Of a stretch of 64,000 bases of DNA, positions 32,446 through 45,879 are shown one piece after another. The notes below the pieces were generated by a model. The model was not told the origin of the DNA. It saw only the letters and a program-made list of their open reading frames with translations, and made no database searches. The position numbers and the translations under genes are program-made. The first letter of the stretch is position 1. Each line of letters starts with the position of its first letter. Origin of the DNA: Podarcis gaigeae (Eukaryota); assembly GCA_964106915.2 (NCBI GenBank), contig OZ066917.1. One strand, given 5' to 3'.

Positions 32446-35400
32446 ATCAAGCTGCTGCGCTCACGTTACAGAGCAGACCCGAAAGGAAAAGAAAAAAGCG
32501 GCCCCGGCGCTCGGCGTGTCTGGCGGAACACCCAGTTCTCCGGGCACCCCTGGCAGCCGCCGCAACTCCACATCATTGGGTGGGAGGCAAATGCATTCAC
32601 GCAGCGCCCTCCTTGGCTGTTGGATCCTCCTCTGCCCTCCCCGTTCTCGTTCTCTCTCTTTTCAAAAAGGGAACCGCTTGCATCGCCCTCGCAACGGCAA
32701 CAGACTCTTGGCAGCCACTGGAGGCGGGCGCAGGAGCAAACTTTTGCTCGCACGCTCCTGCCTTCGCAAACTCAACAAACCTGGTGCCCGCGGCCAGGGG
32801 AAGCAGCCGCAGCGCTCTGCGCTTCGCCTCCCCTGGAAGGAGGGTCCGAAGAAACCATGCCGAGAGCGTTGGCGGCCTCTTTCCCGCCATTCAAGGTGGC
32901 GAAGGCGCCTTTCTTGCCAATCAGGGCACGAAAAAGGGTGCAAGGAGGAAAAATAACCCAGAGAGTAAGCCCAGCCGGGCTTCAGCGAGCCAGGAAGGAG
33001 AGCGAAAGCCGCGAGCACACGAGTTCCCTGTTGGCGCCTTTCCTCTTTCCACCTCCTGCTCCTTTTGGCAGCCAGCCACTTTCCACTGCATAAACCACAG
33101 GCCCGCCGTCAGCTGCACGGCAGGCGGGTCGGAGCCGTAGAGCAAGCGGACGTGGATGGCGAATGTCAGGGGGGAATGGCGCTAACCCAGCGGGGCTTTC
33201 GCGTTAATCAGAGAAGGCCCTCCTCTGTAATCAAAACAAGACCATACATAGTTTGCCCATCTCTAGCTCCCTGCCCGTTTCAGGTCTCCCCTAAACAAGC
33301 TGCAGAGCATCTGATGGGGAGGCAGCCTTTTCTCCTATGTTTCAATAATGACGCGACGTACACTTAGCCTATTCATGAGCCTGCACATGTACTCAAGCCT
33401 GAACTCGGGGGCAACTACAGGCTTTCTGGCTCTACATTACTGGAAATGTATTTATTGCATTTATATATCTTTTCCAAGGAGGTCAAGGTGGCAAACGTTC
33501 CCCAATTTTAGCCGCACATCAATCGCGCGAGGTAAGATCAAAGGAAAGGGCAGAGCGAGTCAAGGTCACTCAGGGAGCATCTTGGTCTGCACTAAGCACT
33601 ACACTGTCCCGGCTTCCGTTTAAGTCAAACCACCTTTTCTTCCATTTACAATTTCGAATTGGCCCAGCCCTTCCTATCTTCTGTCTGAACCAAGCCCCGC
33701 TGTGTTAAACGGGCCTCGCCCCACGGTATTACAACTGTAACCTTAAGATATTAGTGCAGTTTGCTATTATAAACAAGGCTGCAGTCTTGTGCACACTTGG
33801 CTCGGAGTAAGCCCCCTTGAACACAGAAGAATTTATGAAGAAACATGCACTGGGTCGTGCAAAATACGGTGGCATAAATTTGAACACGCCGTTGCGCGGA
33901 GGTGGCGGGGAGCTACGTTGTACGAGAGAGCTTGAAGCACGTTTGTTAAGCGAAGTAGGAAACAGCAAACTAAGTATCCACGGCGGGGAGGGAGGCGGCT
34001 GACCTTTAGCCGGGACGTGTGGCATTTTGTCTGGCCACAAAGCTAAGCACAATGCGCCTGCGACGTCTCCAACCCGATTTTCTCATGTGCGTATCGGAGG
34101 CGCGCAGAACGATGCCCAAGTTTGCCCAAGCAGCGCGCGGAAAAAGAGAAGAACCGGTTGGGTGGCTATTTCAGGGGCTTTTAAACTTCCCCTTTCTTCT
34201 GTCTGCGCACGTTCCTCGGGAGGCTTCCAGCGCCGTCACGTGCGCCTTCGCGATCCGGACTTTCTTCTCATGTCATGTAAACAAAGCGCTGTGTAGGCAT
34301 TACGGGGCGGCCGCGATCGATTGGGCACAGGCAACGGCATCCGGAATGGGGATTCCGGCTTCGAGACTCTCCTGTTTTCCCTTGGCATTTGTAAGGAACC
34401 GGAGCTGCAAGCCTTGGGGAAAGGAACCGTGTGCATTGCAAAAGTGAGGGGTGAGATGTCGAGAGCAGGAAGACGAGGGCCAGCCCCAGCCAACTGCTGT
34501 GTAGCCGCAGGAAAGGAAAGGGCTTCCCTGCCTTTTGCCACGGAGACCCTGCTTCGAAGGGAGAGAGTGGCTTCAGACAGCCTTTGCCTTCGTTTCCCTG
34601 AAAGATCGGGGTTCAAAGGGGGCGGTGCACAGACCGGCAGCGCATCCAAAAACCTCTGGCAGCAGCCCGTCATTTCCTCCACCGCCGTGCGCAAGGCTTC
34701 GGACCGCAGCAGCCTCCTTTGCACATCAACCGCGAAGCGAAGCGCAGTGACTTCGACCCTTTACCGCCATTTGCCAGGAAAACTTGTGAATAAGTGATGT
34801 TCGGGGACGGGGAGGGGCGGGGAGAGGAGGAGGACGGAAGGCCGTCAATAAGGGAAAGGTAAAATGGCTGGCGAGCCTTCAAATAACCCTGCTCGCCGTC
34901 TCTGTCTCTCTCTCTCTCACTCACTCACTCACACACACCTCGTCTTCTGCCAACGTTTTCTGCGCGGTGGAGAAATAGCGCCCCCGCTTCTCCTAGTACG
35001 AGACCCGGGGGAAGCTGTGGGGCCCGTTTGTTCCACCCAAATGAACTCGGAGGTGGGGGAGGTGGAGCGGCCACGCGGGGGGATATTGGGGGGTCGACGT
35101 GCGCCTTAATAATCTGGTCCCTCGTGAAATAGCCCAGGCACACGGGGCGTTGCAGGAAGCAGAAACGAAACAATGAAGGCGAGAGAAGTCTTTCTCTCGC
35201 GACCTCGCGTCTCTCCTCGCGGGTTTGATCCGAGAAAGTCCCCGAATTGACTTGTGCCATTAAGGCCCAGTTCCCGCACTACGTACACGGCGAAAAGCAC
35301 CTTCGCCTCGGGCGCCGATGTGGGGGTCTCACCCCGTCCCGCGGGGTCCCCTCCTCCACCCTTCCGAGAGGATTCTAGGCTCGGCAGCACCGTGGCCAAG

Positions 35401-36337
35401 GGCGCTCGCCTGGCCTGTACGGAGCGCAGGCACCTCCTCGCGCTGCCGCCGCCTGCAACTCTCCTTCGCTCTTTCAGCCAGACCGAATGAGTCATCCCAG
35501 CCCGTTTCGTCTTTGAGATCCCCGACCGGCCGCGCCATTTTAGGCGCGCGCACATACATGGGCTTGGTTTCCGCTGCTGCTTGGAGAGACAACAAGCAGG
35601 CGGTGACAGAGGCGGAGGGGCGGCGGCGGCAGCAGCAACGGGCCAGAGGAAAGGAGAAGGGCCTCCGTGCAGCCTACCCGCTTGGCACTCAGTGGGTCTT
35701 TCAGGTACCTTAGCGGACGCCGCCTCCCTGGGTATCAGCCAAGCGAGAGCGGGGGGAAACGCAGGCAAGGCCCCGTCGGCGCCTGCGGCCCATTAACCCC
35801 TCGCACGCCACCCAGCCCGGACAGCAGGCAAGCTGGCTGGCTTGCAAAGACGGAAGGAAGAGGTTCCTCCCAGCCCAGTGTTGGTCTCACAAGGGTATGC
35901 TAAGAATCCAGGTTAGGGAGGGAGTAGGCTGAAAGAAATTATTTTTTAAAAAAAACAAACAAACCGTGTTTGTTAATAGGAAAGTTTAAGAAAGAAAACC
36001 AGCACAAGTATCGAGCTATGTGCGTGACTAGTACACATAAACAAACCAGCCCAGACCCAAGGTCGGTTGCTGTGAAGACCAGGATGAAATGGTAAACCCG
36101 CTTGGTCCACACCCTCTTGCTTTTGAAGCCCCACGGTCTACAGCAGCGCGCGTGCACGGGGGAGGCGCACACCCACAGCCGAGTTTCTCCCCACCCCCTT
36201 CGTGATGAATGTGCTCCCCGCCCTTTCTCTCTCCCATTGCCTGCCCCGCTCGGGTCGGCGCTGCCCTTTGTGGCTTTTCGGCCCGGCGGCCGCGCTGCGA
36301 GAGCCCAAAGGAGGTCGGCGTCGGCCCCCGTATTCAC

Positions 36338-36800
36338 CGGGGAAACGAGCAGATATTGATCACGGGCGAGTTGATTTTGCTTAATTGTGGCTGACAGTGC
36401 CTGTGGTTTCCTCATTTGCGGAGCAACAGCATCGAGGGTCTGATTGATTGGGAGCGCAGCGCCTCCCACTCCCCGCTCTCCCTCCCGGCAGACACACACA
36501 CACACGGGGGGGGGGGGGAGCGAGCAGCCACCTCCGAGAGGAGCCTGTGTGAAGGCGAGTCCCTCGGGAGGGGAAGGAGCAGCTTCTCATTATTCAGCAA
36601 ATGGCCGGCGCGCCGGCAGCTAGAGATGCAGCTTGGTTGGTTCGCTGTCGAGCGCTCGGGCGAGCTTAAGTAGCCTTAAATCCTCCCGCTCCCCCCGCAG
36701 GACCGTCTGCCTGCTTTTGCCTGCGTCGTCGGCCCCTTCGCCTCCACCACCGCCGCCGCCGCCTCCTCCTCTTCGCCCGCCAGCAGATTGGTCCGCGAGT
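36338..36800 (-). promoter_or_regulatory. Candidate BCOR core promoter and non-coding first exon
   Basis: Minus strand: CCAAT at ~36791, GGC run, ATTTAAG at ~36680, YY1-like GCCATTT at ~36600, candidate donor CCG|GTGAAT at 36338/36337. Confidence 0.45.
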
Positions 36801-37759
36801 TAAGCGCTCGCGAATGGAGAGCTTTTAACAGGGCGGGGGGTTGCAGTCCTCGTCGCCTAAGCGCTCGCTCAGTCGAAGTCCCCACGCCGAGGTGGCGAGC
36901 TCGTCCCCCGCAAACTTAACTCAGGAGCAACCTCGCTCTCCTTTCAATGAAATGACGCCATAGCAAAGCAGCTTAAGGCGCAATCCAGCGCTCACAAGCC
37001 CCAGTTGAAATTAATTGCTAAAGAACAGCCGCCGCTCCCTGCGCAGCTCTGTCAGCCGGGCTTGCGCAGGAGACCTTCCCGTTGGCTTGCGCCCGTAGCC
37101 ATCTCTTCCTACGAAGAAGAAGCGAAAATCCAAACCACCAGCACCATCACACTTCGTCTGTACAAATCCTACCAGTAAGGAGTTTTGGTGCCAGCGCTTT
37201 CTGGAAAATGTACATTAAACGTGCCTTTTAAAATAGAGATGAGCGCAGCAGACTTAAATGTCAGAAAAGGAGCTGTGTGGCAACCATCTGCAAGCCGCTT
37301 GATCCAGGGTGACTTTACAATTGCCCTGCGACCCTTTTTATATCTACTCAGAAGTAAACCTCGTTGAGCTGAATGGGCTTACTCACAGGTGAGCGCGCAT
37401 AGGATTGCCGCCTTAAATGTGAAATCTGGGCCCAGTACCTAAACCTGCCTATCGATTGCAGGAGGGTTTCTTCCACGAATCATGTTCTCCTATCCAGATT
37501 TCCCTACATTAGCATTTCTAGCTAACTGTCCCATCCCAAGTGCTTTCCGCTCCTTTAACTTTTTTTTAGCCCCCCTAAAGTGCATTCCTGCACCCCCGGG
37601 GTGGGTTCCATCGTAAAGTAAATGAGCACAGGATTGCAGGCGGCCCAAGGCTCACCGAGAGGAAGGCAGAATACACAGCGACACCTGCTTCCATAGGATG
37701 GAGCCGAAAGACAATTTTTGCGAGGACGACTAGGGCTTGGGCATCATTCATAGGAACAA

Positions 37760-37920
37760 AGGCTTATCATGAACCAGACCATGGGCCTATCTTGCTCATA
37801 TTGTCTACACTGACCGGCAGCAGCTCTCCAGGGTTTCAGGAAGGCCTACCTGGGGACGCCAGGAATTGAAGCAGGGATTTTCTGCGTGCAAGGCAGATGC
37901 TCTACCACTCAGCCAGGGAC
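37760..37920 (-). mobile_element. Old tRNA-derived SINE fragment
   Basis: Minus strand ggctgagtggtagagcatctgccttgcacgcagaaaatccctgcttcaattcc is a tRNA-like head. Confidence 0.6.
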
Positions 37921-40091
37921 TCCCCAAGTCCAAACAGGGCCGCTGGTGGGGATAGGAAGCGTTCCTCAATTCTAACTGTACATCGCCTAGCACCCTAAGG
38001 ACAAACCCTCCAGTCTCCCAGAGGCATCTTCAGCAGAATCTATTCCGCCTTTACTAAAAGCGTGGCACGTGTCCTCAAGCAGCAAGCAGCGATCTAGACG
38101 AATCCTCCGGTTTTAATATCCCAGCAATGCGCAGGGCAAGAACCGGCCGAGGGAGCACCGAGCAGGGCCTCGCGGACAAAGTTTCACGCCGCAGCTGGGA
38201 TTCCTCCTCGGGCTGCGAAGCTGCGCGCCCCCTCGGCCTTCCTCGGAAGACTTAAGGACCCCGGCGCAGCCTGCCTTGCCATCTTGAAGTCGTCGGCTCC
38301 GAAACGGGAGGGAGGCGAGGGGGGCTGAGCGCGGAAGCAACTGCGCTGCAGATGGGCGGCTATGAATTTTTGCTGCTGCTTCGAGCCTTAATTACTGGCT
38401 CTTGATCCGTGGGACTACGACACGACACCGCCAAGGTTAAAATGCCCGGAACAGCTCTGAGCAGATGTGAGCGAGTTGGCAGACGCGCAAATGAGGTCTG
38501 CCTCCAAGCACGATAACAAGTGACTAATACATTGCATATCGCTGAAAGAAAATTATTTTCCTCTCATTTGCATTAGCTCTCTCTCTCTTCCCCCCCCCCC
38601 TTAAGACCAAAATAAAAAGCCAACGACAGCACCACCACTCGCGCGCCCCGCTCAGAGACAGCAGTCTAATCCTGGGGTGGGGGGGGAGAGAGAAAGATGC
38701 TGGGTGACTTTTAGAAATTTGTGGAAGCAGGAAAAGATTTGCCAGTGTTTTGGCAAGGCAGCCGTGTTTATCTTTCCGCCTTTGCTCCAAGGCAAAAGTA
38801 GTTTCGCAAGCAACATTCCTGCAGAAAATGGCAGACGTCACGTTAGAGCTCGATTTATTGCTCTGGCGCTTAATGAATGACTGCTGGGGGTATCTTCCAC
38901 CCAGAGTGCCTCGTGCACAGAAACTGGAGAGTGACAGATATGCCGCATGAGAGTGACGAGGAATGAAATTCGATGTACAGTTGCCAGTTGCCCTGAAACA
39001 AGCCGGCATTGCCCAAAACAGAAATTCTATTCACAAACCAGAAGTGCTCGGATTGAAGACGATCGGCGCCACATTCCAAAACAAAATAGAATAATCCTTA
39101 TTCCCAGGTTTTATATGACCTGCCTCCCCGCTGCATGCATGTTAATTCCGAAGCAAGTCCCACAGTGCTGAATGGAGCTCATCCGCTTCCAAGCAGGGTT
39201 AGAGCTGTATCACTAATGGCTTCCCGTTGAAATCAAAAAGACAGATTTCCAAGCTGTTAAGGACGGGCCGGGGGAGACCCATTTCAGACAGGCTGACCCC
39301 TCACTTTAGCGAGACTAATAATCTCGGTACTAAACCTGTTTATTAAACAGATCCCATTGAAATCAATTGAACTTCCCTTAACGTGAATCGTACTGGGATC
39401 ACAGGTTCCTCAAAAGGCATCGAAAGATTTAACTGCCAAGTGTAAATGTACTTTCCTGTATACTCGCAATCAATTTGAAAACAATAGGACATTTTCACAC
39501 AATATGTTAAAGATTTTCTTTTCTTTTCCCCACATCTTTAATTCAAATATAAGACCTAAACAAGCTACAATGCCTGTTCATATTAAACATGGCTATTTTT
39601 CTCTCTTTGTCACACTTTAAGTGTTTTTGCAGCCATAGTGTATCAGTAGTGCAAGAGAATACTCAGAATTATATTTCATGTTGTGTGCATGTGCCCTTGT
39701 AGGTCTTTCCCAGATGCACTCAAATGGCACAAGTGAGATGGAAAAAACATATTGAAAACTGCTTCAGCTTCACTTTATGATGTGTGGGAATTCAGACACA
39801 CTTTTGTACTTCCAGATTAATGTGTGAAACAGGAAATTGCACGGGTGAGATGCACAGGAAACATATGGGGGGGGCGGTTCATGTATTCCATGCAAGGAGA
39901 AATTGGGTGTATTCTTCACATATTACACCAAAGCATTAAAAGCCCACTTTGCCATCATGTCTCTAGCCATTCTGGGTCATTAGCAATAAGGCCCTGATGC
40001 ACTTTCCAAGGTGGGAAAGCTGCATAAGCTACTAATTTGCTATATTGATATAGTTGATAGACAAAGAAGTGCTCGCTCCATTACCTACAAT

Positions 40092-40335
40092 GGTAAAGGT
40101 AAAGGGACCCTTGACCGTTAGGTCCAATCGCGGACGACTCTGGGGTTGCGGCAGTCATCTCGCTTTATTGGCTGAGGGAGCCGGCGTACAGCTTCCGGGT
40201 CATGTGGCCAGCATGACTAAACCGCTTCTGGCGAACCAGAGCAGCCCACGGAAATGCCGTTTACCTTCCCGCCAGAGTGGTACCTATTTATCTACTTGCA
40301 CTTTGACTTGCTTTCAAACTGCTAGGTTGGCAAGG
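40092..40335 (-). mobile_element. 5'-truncated Sauria SINE
   Basis: ggtaaaggtaaagg is the reversed tail; the body is complementary to the 10100 copy. Confidence 0.9.
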
Positions 40336-40660
40336 AAGCATCAAATTTCTGTAGCAGAATGATTCCCACCTAATCTGAAAAGTTTATGAAGAGGAGTGAA
40401 GCTACCTCACTCTGCTAGGGGGACAGGAAGGCTGTGGCAAAGCAGTGTTTCTTGCGCATGTGTGATCAAAGAGCCACTCTGGATAACGGGTTTCACTCCC
40501 ACTGAGCCAAAGCAAAGTCTAGGAACCATGTCAATGTGATGCAAGTAAAGCAATAGTCCAGGTTACAGTCCCTAACTACATTTACCTGTAAGTAAGCCCC
40601 ATTAAATTCAATAGGATTTACTGCAGAGTAGACAAGGTTAGAATTGCACATTGCTAGATT

Positions 40661-40800
40661 TCATAGAACTGTAGAGTTGGAAGGGACCACAGGGATCATC
40701 TAGTCCAACCCCTTGCAAGACAGGAATCTTTTGCCCAACCTGGAACTTGAACCCACAACCCTGAGATTAAGATTCTCATGCTATATGACTGAGCTATCCC
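40661..40800 (-). mobile_element. tRNA-headed SINE with CR1-type 3' tail
   Basis: Minus-strand head gggatagctcagtc...cttaatctcagggttgtgggttcaag; tail ggttggactagatgatccc...ttctatga. Tail-only relatives near 45466-45530 and 47313-47375. Confidence 0.75.
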
Positions 40801-40865
40801 TCAGGGTTTTGTTCTGTTTACTGTTATGCAAATGTTGCCACATTGAAATAAGCATTGTGTAACCA

Positions 40866-41228
40866 GGGACGCAGGTGGCGCTGTGGGTTAAAGCCTCAGC
40901 GCCTAGGACTTGCCGATCGAAAGGTCGGCGGTTCGAATCCCTGCGGCGGGGTGCGCTCCCGCTGCTCGGTCCCAGCGCCTGCCAACCTAGCAGTTCGAAA
41001 GCACCCCCAGGTGCAAGTAGATAAATAGGGACCGCTTACCAGCGGGAAGGTAAACGGCGTTTCCGTGTGCAGCTCTGGCTCGCCAGAGCAGCGATGTCAC
41101 GCTGGCCACATGACCCGGAAGTGTCTGCGGACAGCGCTGGCCCCTGGCCTCTTAAGTGAGATGGGCGCACAACCCCAGAGTCTGTCAAGACTGGCCCGTA
41201 CGGGCAGGGGTACCTTTACCTTTACCTT
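40866..41228 (+). mobile_element. Young full-length Sauria SINE
   Basis: Intact A and B boxes (GGTGGCGCTGTGG, GGTTCGAATCC), CpGs retained, (ACCTTT)3 tail, TAACCA TSD. Confidence 0.95.
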
Positions 41229-44200
41229 TAACCACCATTTTTGAGGTCAGTATGCCTCAGTATATCAGTTTCTGCTATTAAACGTATGGCCTGCTTTCGT
41301 GCTTCCCATAGATATCTGGTGGATCAGTCTGAGAAAAGGATGCTGCACCACATGGGACATGGGCCTGATTCAGCACTCATTTTCTTATTAAACCTGACTC
41401 TCAATCAAGATAATCAGGAGCAGGATCACAAAAGCAGGATGTTGTTTGCCCCTAACAAAATTGGTGTACCTCAGTCATTGACATTACTGTTTATGTAAAA
41501 GCAGGGAGAAAACCTGCAAACAAAGCATCATGAGATAGATTCCTTTTGCTGCAAAAGTAGTTTTGCTCCACGTTTTAACACTTAGACATTGTGAGAATAG
41601 CAGCCTAGTTTTATCAGAATAGATTCAGTTTATTTCGGAACTTGATCGTACAATATTTAAAAACAATGGAAAGTTAACAGATTTGTTCAATAAATACAAT
41701 GGAAATTTCCTCACATTACAAACTAATCTGTTTTGAATTACCATGCAAATCAGAACACACAAAACAGACTGTGTGTAGCCCTGATCTTCTATTTCTCTCA
41801 CTCACACATACATGCACTCCAAACCTTATCTTTCTTCTCCTAGGAAAGCCAGGCAGTTTTGACTCAGTCTTCAGGAAAAAGCAGTTTTCTCCTGCTATGT
41901 GCAAAAGGTATGCCTATCTTGAACTCCTCTATCACTTTTTAAATACCAGCTTGATTATTTCAGAGTGATTAGAACACAGTAAATTCGTGGATTTCACTTG
42001 TAAGCTTAGGATCACAGTCCTAGACCTCACCCATCTTGGATGAGCTTTCCTTGGTATTTTTTATGTCCTGGTTTCAAACAAAGCCATACTCATTTAGCAA
42101 GGGGTGTGACTGCCTACTGGAGCTGGTCTTGCGCGAGGTGAAATACTCTTTAATCCTGAAAGAATGTGAAAATGTACTTCCCACTTGCCTCCCACAATTT
42201 AATTTTCCCCTTAATAAACCCATTTGGAAAGATCAAATGTGAGATCTGCCTAAAATTGTGCAGTTTATACTTGATTTTAGTCCCGAATTATGAAAAGGGT
42301 TTAGTTTGAACCAGGAATTTCCCTTTCAGTGCCTGCATATATAAATTGCATTGACATTGCTAATTGTGCCTGACATAGTTAATTGTGCCTTGGTATCTGC
42401 TGCTAAAGGAGAAGGTCCCAGGCATGCCAACTCTTATTCCAGAAGGAGATACTGGAATAGGTTGGTTCCGACCCAGGGTGGGACAAAAACCGCTTCAGTG
42501 CTTAAATTCAGATAGGACTCTCCAGGGCAGAAACCTAGTTGCATTGACATCTGGAGCCAGAATCTGGTGAGAGTCATTTTTCTTTGCACCTGCAAGCTGG
42601 TTAGGGACTACAGTTAGCATACAGAGAGTGCACATGGAATGAAAAGTGAGGCTTTTGGATCAGAGAGTTTGGCTACTACAATTCCTGAGCATTGGCAGTC
42701 CTCAGACTATGCTTTGGAGACATGTGAAAGCATTGGGGTATTAGTACACAAGTCACTACCTACAGTTCTGCCTTCAAACCATTTCCTCTAGAATTTTTAA
42801 GAACATTTCTATCCTGCCTTTCCATTATAGAGTGTCCAAGGTAGTCACTATATAACTTAAGATCCACAGAATGTTAACACCTGGATTTCTTCCTAATGAA
42901 CCAATATGGTTATCTATCATGCACGTATAAATGAACTTACTCTAAAATCTATGGCTTGAGTATTGCAGCAAAAATATCAAGAAATCAGTGATCATCCAGT
43001 CCTGCTAGTATGTCCCCCTCTGAATTCAGTTTGAGACACCTAGACTGCAATAGTCACAATTTGTGCGTTAGAAGGTGGAGCACAACTATTTCCACAACAG
43101 AATGAATCCTGCCTAAGTGCCAGACATGGCATGCTCACTGGCAGGAGGACAAGCAGAGCCTCCCCCAGAGATCTTAAGGCACAAGTTGGCAGGTGTTAGT
43201 GAAGGTGCTTTGGCAAGTACTTGTAATAAATCATACAAGTTTAACAAAAGCAGTTTCTTATTACTGAACTATTTAGACTGTCTTGAACAACTTTCCAGTA
43301 TCCTTGAAGGACAGGGGCCTTCTCTGTGGTGGCTCCCAGATTATGGAACACTCCCTCCCTGTAAAGTTGCATATGTCTCCCATGTTGGCATCATTTTGCT
43401 GACAGTTAAAAATATACTGGGTGACAAGGGTTGGCAGTCTGTTATTCCTTGCCTGCTGTGTTGTGAACCTAAACTGTTTTGAGTATTTTTATATAGAAAA
43501 AATATGGAGGGGGGCGCCGAGCAAAAAGCAGACACTTCCTTTACTATGGGCTCCTATTGGAAGGAGGACAGGGTAAAAAATATAACAGATGGGGGGGGGG
43601 AGAGAGAGAAAATATTGTGGGATGCATTATTACTAGAGCAGTCAAGTACAACATTTTCTTGTTGCCTAGAATGGACACACAGCGGAATGTAACTCCAGAC
43701 AGGGAGGACTTCCTGTCATACCTTCTCTGGAGCTTCTTCCCCCTGTGTGTGACCCTAGCTGACCACATAAATGGACAAGCCACACAACCATCTCTCTCTT
43801 GCTCTCTTGGACCCTCGCTGTCCTGGCTCTTATCCAGCACACAGCTCAACCTTCACATAGGATGGAGCCCAAAAGCAGAAAGTCTGAAATGTAGCTCAGA
43901 CTTCTTTTCACTGTAGCCACAAGATTAAACCTGCCTTCAGATTACTGCTGTGAACTGAATGTGAGTAAAACTTTATTCTTACTTTTAAAGAAGACTGTGT
44001 TGTGTTATTCTTATTTTAAGAGGGAAATAAAGGGGAAACTTACCAGGAACAATCCAAACTGGACAAGCCAGGCTGGATTGCTTAAATAAAGGATTATAAC
44101 GAATCATCAACCTGCTTCCAATAAGTTGCAAAGGGAATGTGCTCTGCTGTTTACTTGCTAGCGTGAGTGAGGAGGGATAATATTCAAACAATATATCCTC

Positions 44201-45006
44201 TCCTACCTACCTTAACATTCCCACAAATATGAAAGATTATGCGCCATTTTTAAACGTAGTGAAACAAACAGGGATCAACTGTATCCTCAGGACAATTATC
44301 CTGGAGAATAGCCCAATGGGCTTCAAGGAGAGAATCCTGAACTAAGCCATTTGTAGACTGGAAATTGTGTGTACAAAAGTAACTGAAACTGTGGTCCTGA
44401 AAACACCTGCAAGATTGTACATCTTCAGATTTTTTTCTTAGATGCAAGTGGAATGTGTCCTTTGGTAGGCCCCCTCTTCTGTCAGTAGGCCCATGTGGAT
44501 TTATCTGGCTGTGGTGAGCAAGGCACCAAGGAGAAACTCTGTGTCTAGCCTCTGTCTTAATTTTCCACAACTGCCAGTAACAATGCTAGGTAGGAATTAT
44601 TATCAAATAATAATAATAATAATAATGCTCCCTGGCACTGCTTTGAATGCAAGGCTGGGGGGGGTGAAAGGGGCAGGCATCAGCAGTGGGCCCTGCCAGG
44701 TACTTGGATCCTAGCAACTCCCAAGGATGTGGTTGGGGAAGGGCCATAGTTTAGTGATGAGATGTATGCTTTGCATACCCAGGTATGTCCAGGTAGGACT
44801 GGGAGATCCCCGACTGAAAAAGAGCAGCTGCAAATCTCTGTAGCCAGTGCAGACCTAGATTTCCCCAATAGCCATATTCAGTAGAATGTAGCTTCCTATG
44901 TGCTTCCTATGTGCTTCTGCCATCCACACCAGGAAGAACAGTGTTCCTCCCTGGCTTCAGGTTGGTGTTCCAGGACACTGTGTACTCCATGCAGGATTAT
45001 CTAGCC

Positions 45007-45342
45007 CAGGGGTTCCCAGAGTGTGGTCTGCAGGTTTCATTCAGGTGAGCTGCAGCATGCCCACATTAAATATTCATAATGATTTTTACTGATATTTTTT
45101 ATTGCTTCTTTTATTTCTTATGTTGTAATTTATTGTATTACAATCTGAGTTCTATGGAATGTGAGTTGTAATATAATAAAATACAGTATAAGAAATAAAA
45201 GAAGCAATTAAAAGGCAATTAAACATCATACAGCTTCTAGCACGGCACAATACAACGGCTACAAAAGGTAGAGTATCATTAAATGGTCTGTAAAGACCAT
45301 CAACAAGAGGTCCATGGTCCAGGTGGGATTTGGGAACCAAAT
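45007..45342. mobile_element. hAT-type MITE
   Basis: caggggttccca to tgggaacca ends; 8-bp TSD atctagcc/atctagtc. Confidence 0.75.
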
Positions 45343-45879
45343 ATCTAGTCTGGCCTAAGAGCAGGCCAGTTGTTTGTTTTTCAAAAGAGTGAATTCACAG
45401 GTGCATGTTCTCAACTCCAGTGCATGACCTCAGTATCAAGTGTTGACAGCCATCACAATTCGAATCATAGAATTTTAGAATTGGAAGGTACCCCAAGGCT
45501 CGTGTAGTCCAACCCCTGCAATGTAGGAAGAGGACACACAGCACTTCCTTGGGGTTCCACGATGGATGCTTTTCAAAGGCACGGGTTCACACATCTCAGC
45601 TGAGGAATGAGATAGGCAGATGTGTGTGCATGTGTGAATCAACCCTCAGCTAAGCTGCTTACAAGGAACTCTAACATCCTCGCCGGGGTGCATACATCCT
45701 TTCCCTACTTTCAGAGGAATAGTATGCAGTTGGGGACACGCGTGCTAAATAAATGTTGCAGGTGAGGGTCGTCGTTCCCCTCCTCTAAATGGCCAAAAAA
45801 AGCTAATTCCTCCCAGTAGCACTGGGAGGTGTTGTTCTTTCAGCTCAGCTTTGTGGTTCCTGCAAAACCACCAGACACA

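Larger units (their letters stand above)
28080..38460. promoter_or_regulatory. Large CpG-rich domain over the BCOR proximal promoter and intron 1
   Basis: Visibly high CpG and GC content against the CpG-depleted gene body; few TEs; boundaries judged by eye. Confidence 0.8.

Noticed and set aside
32361-33140. 259-aa plus-strand ORF and many overlapping ORFs at 28-38 kb
   Set aside because: Low-complexity Ala/Arg/Pro/Gly translations with microsatellite-derived SLSLSL; expected from stop-codon scarcity in CpG islands; no recognisable domain.
40866-40945. tRNA gene
   Set aside because: tRNA-derived SINE head continuing into the SINE body and tail; the same applies near 10100, 37900 and 40790.
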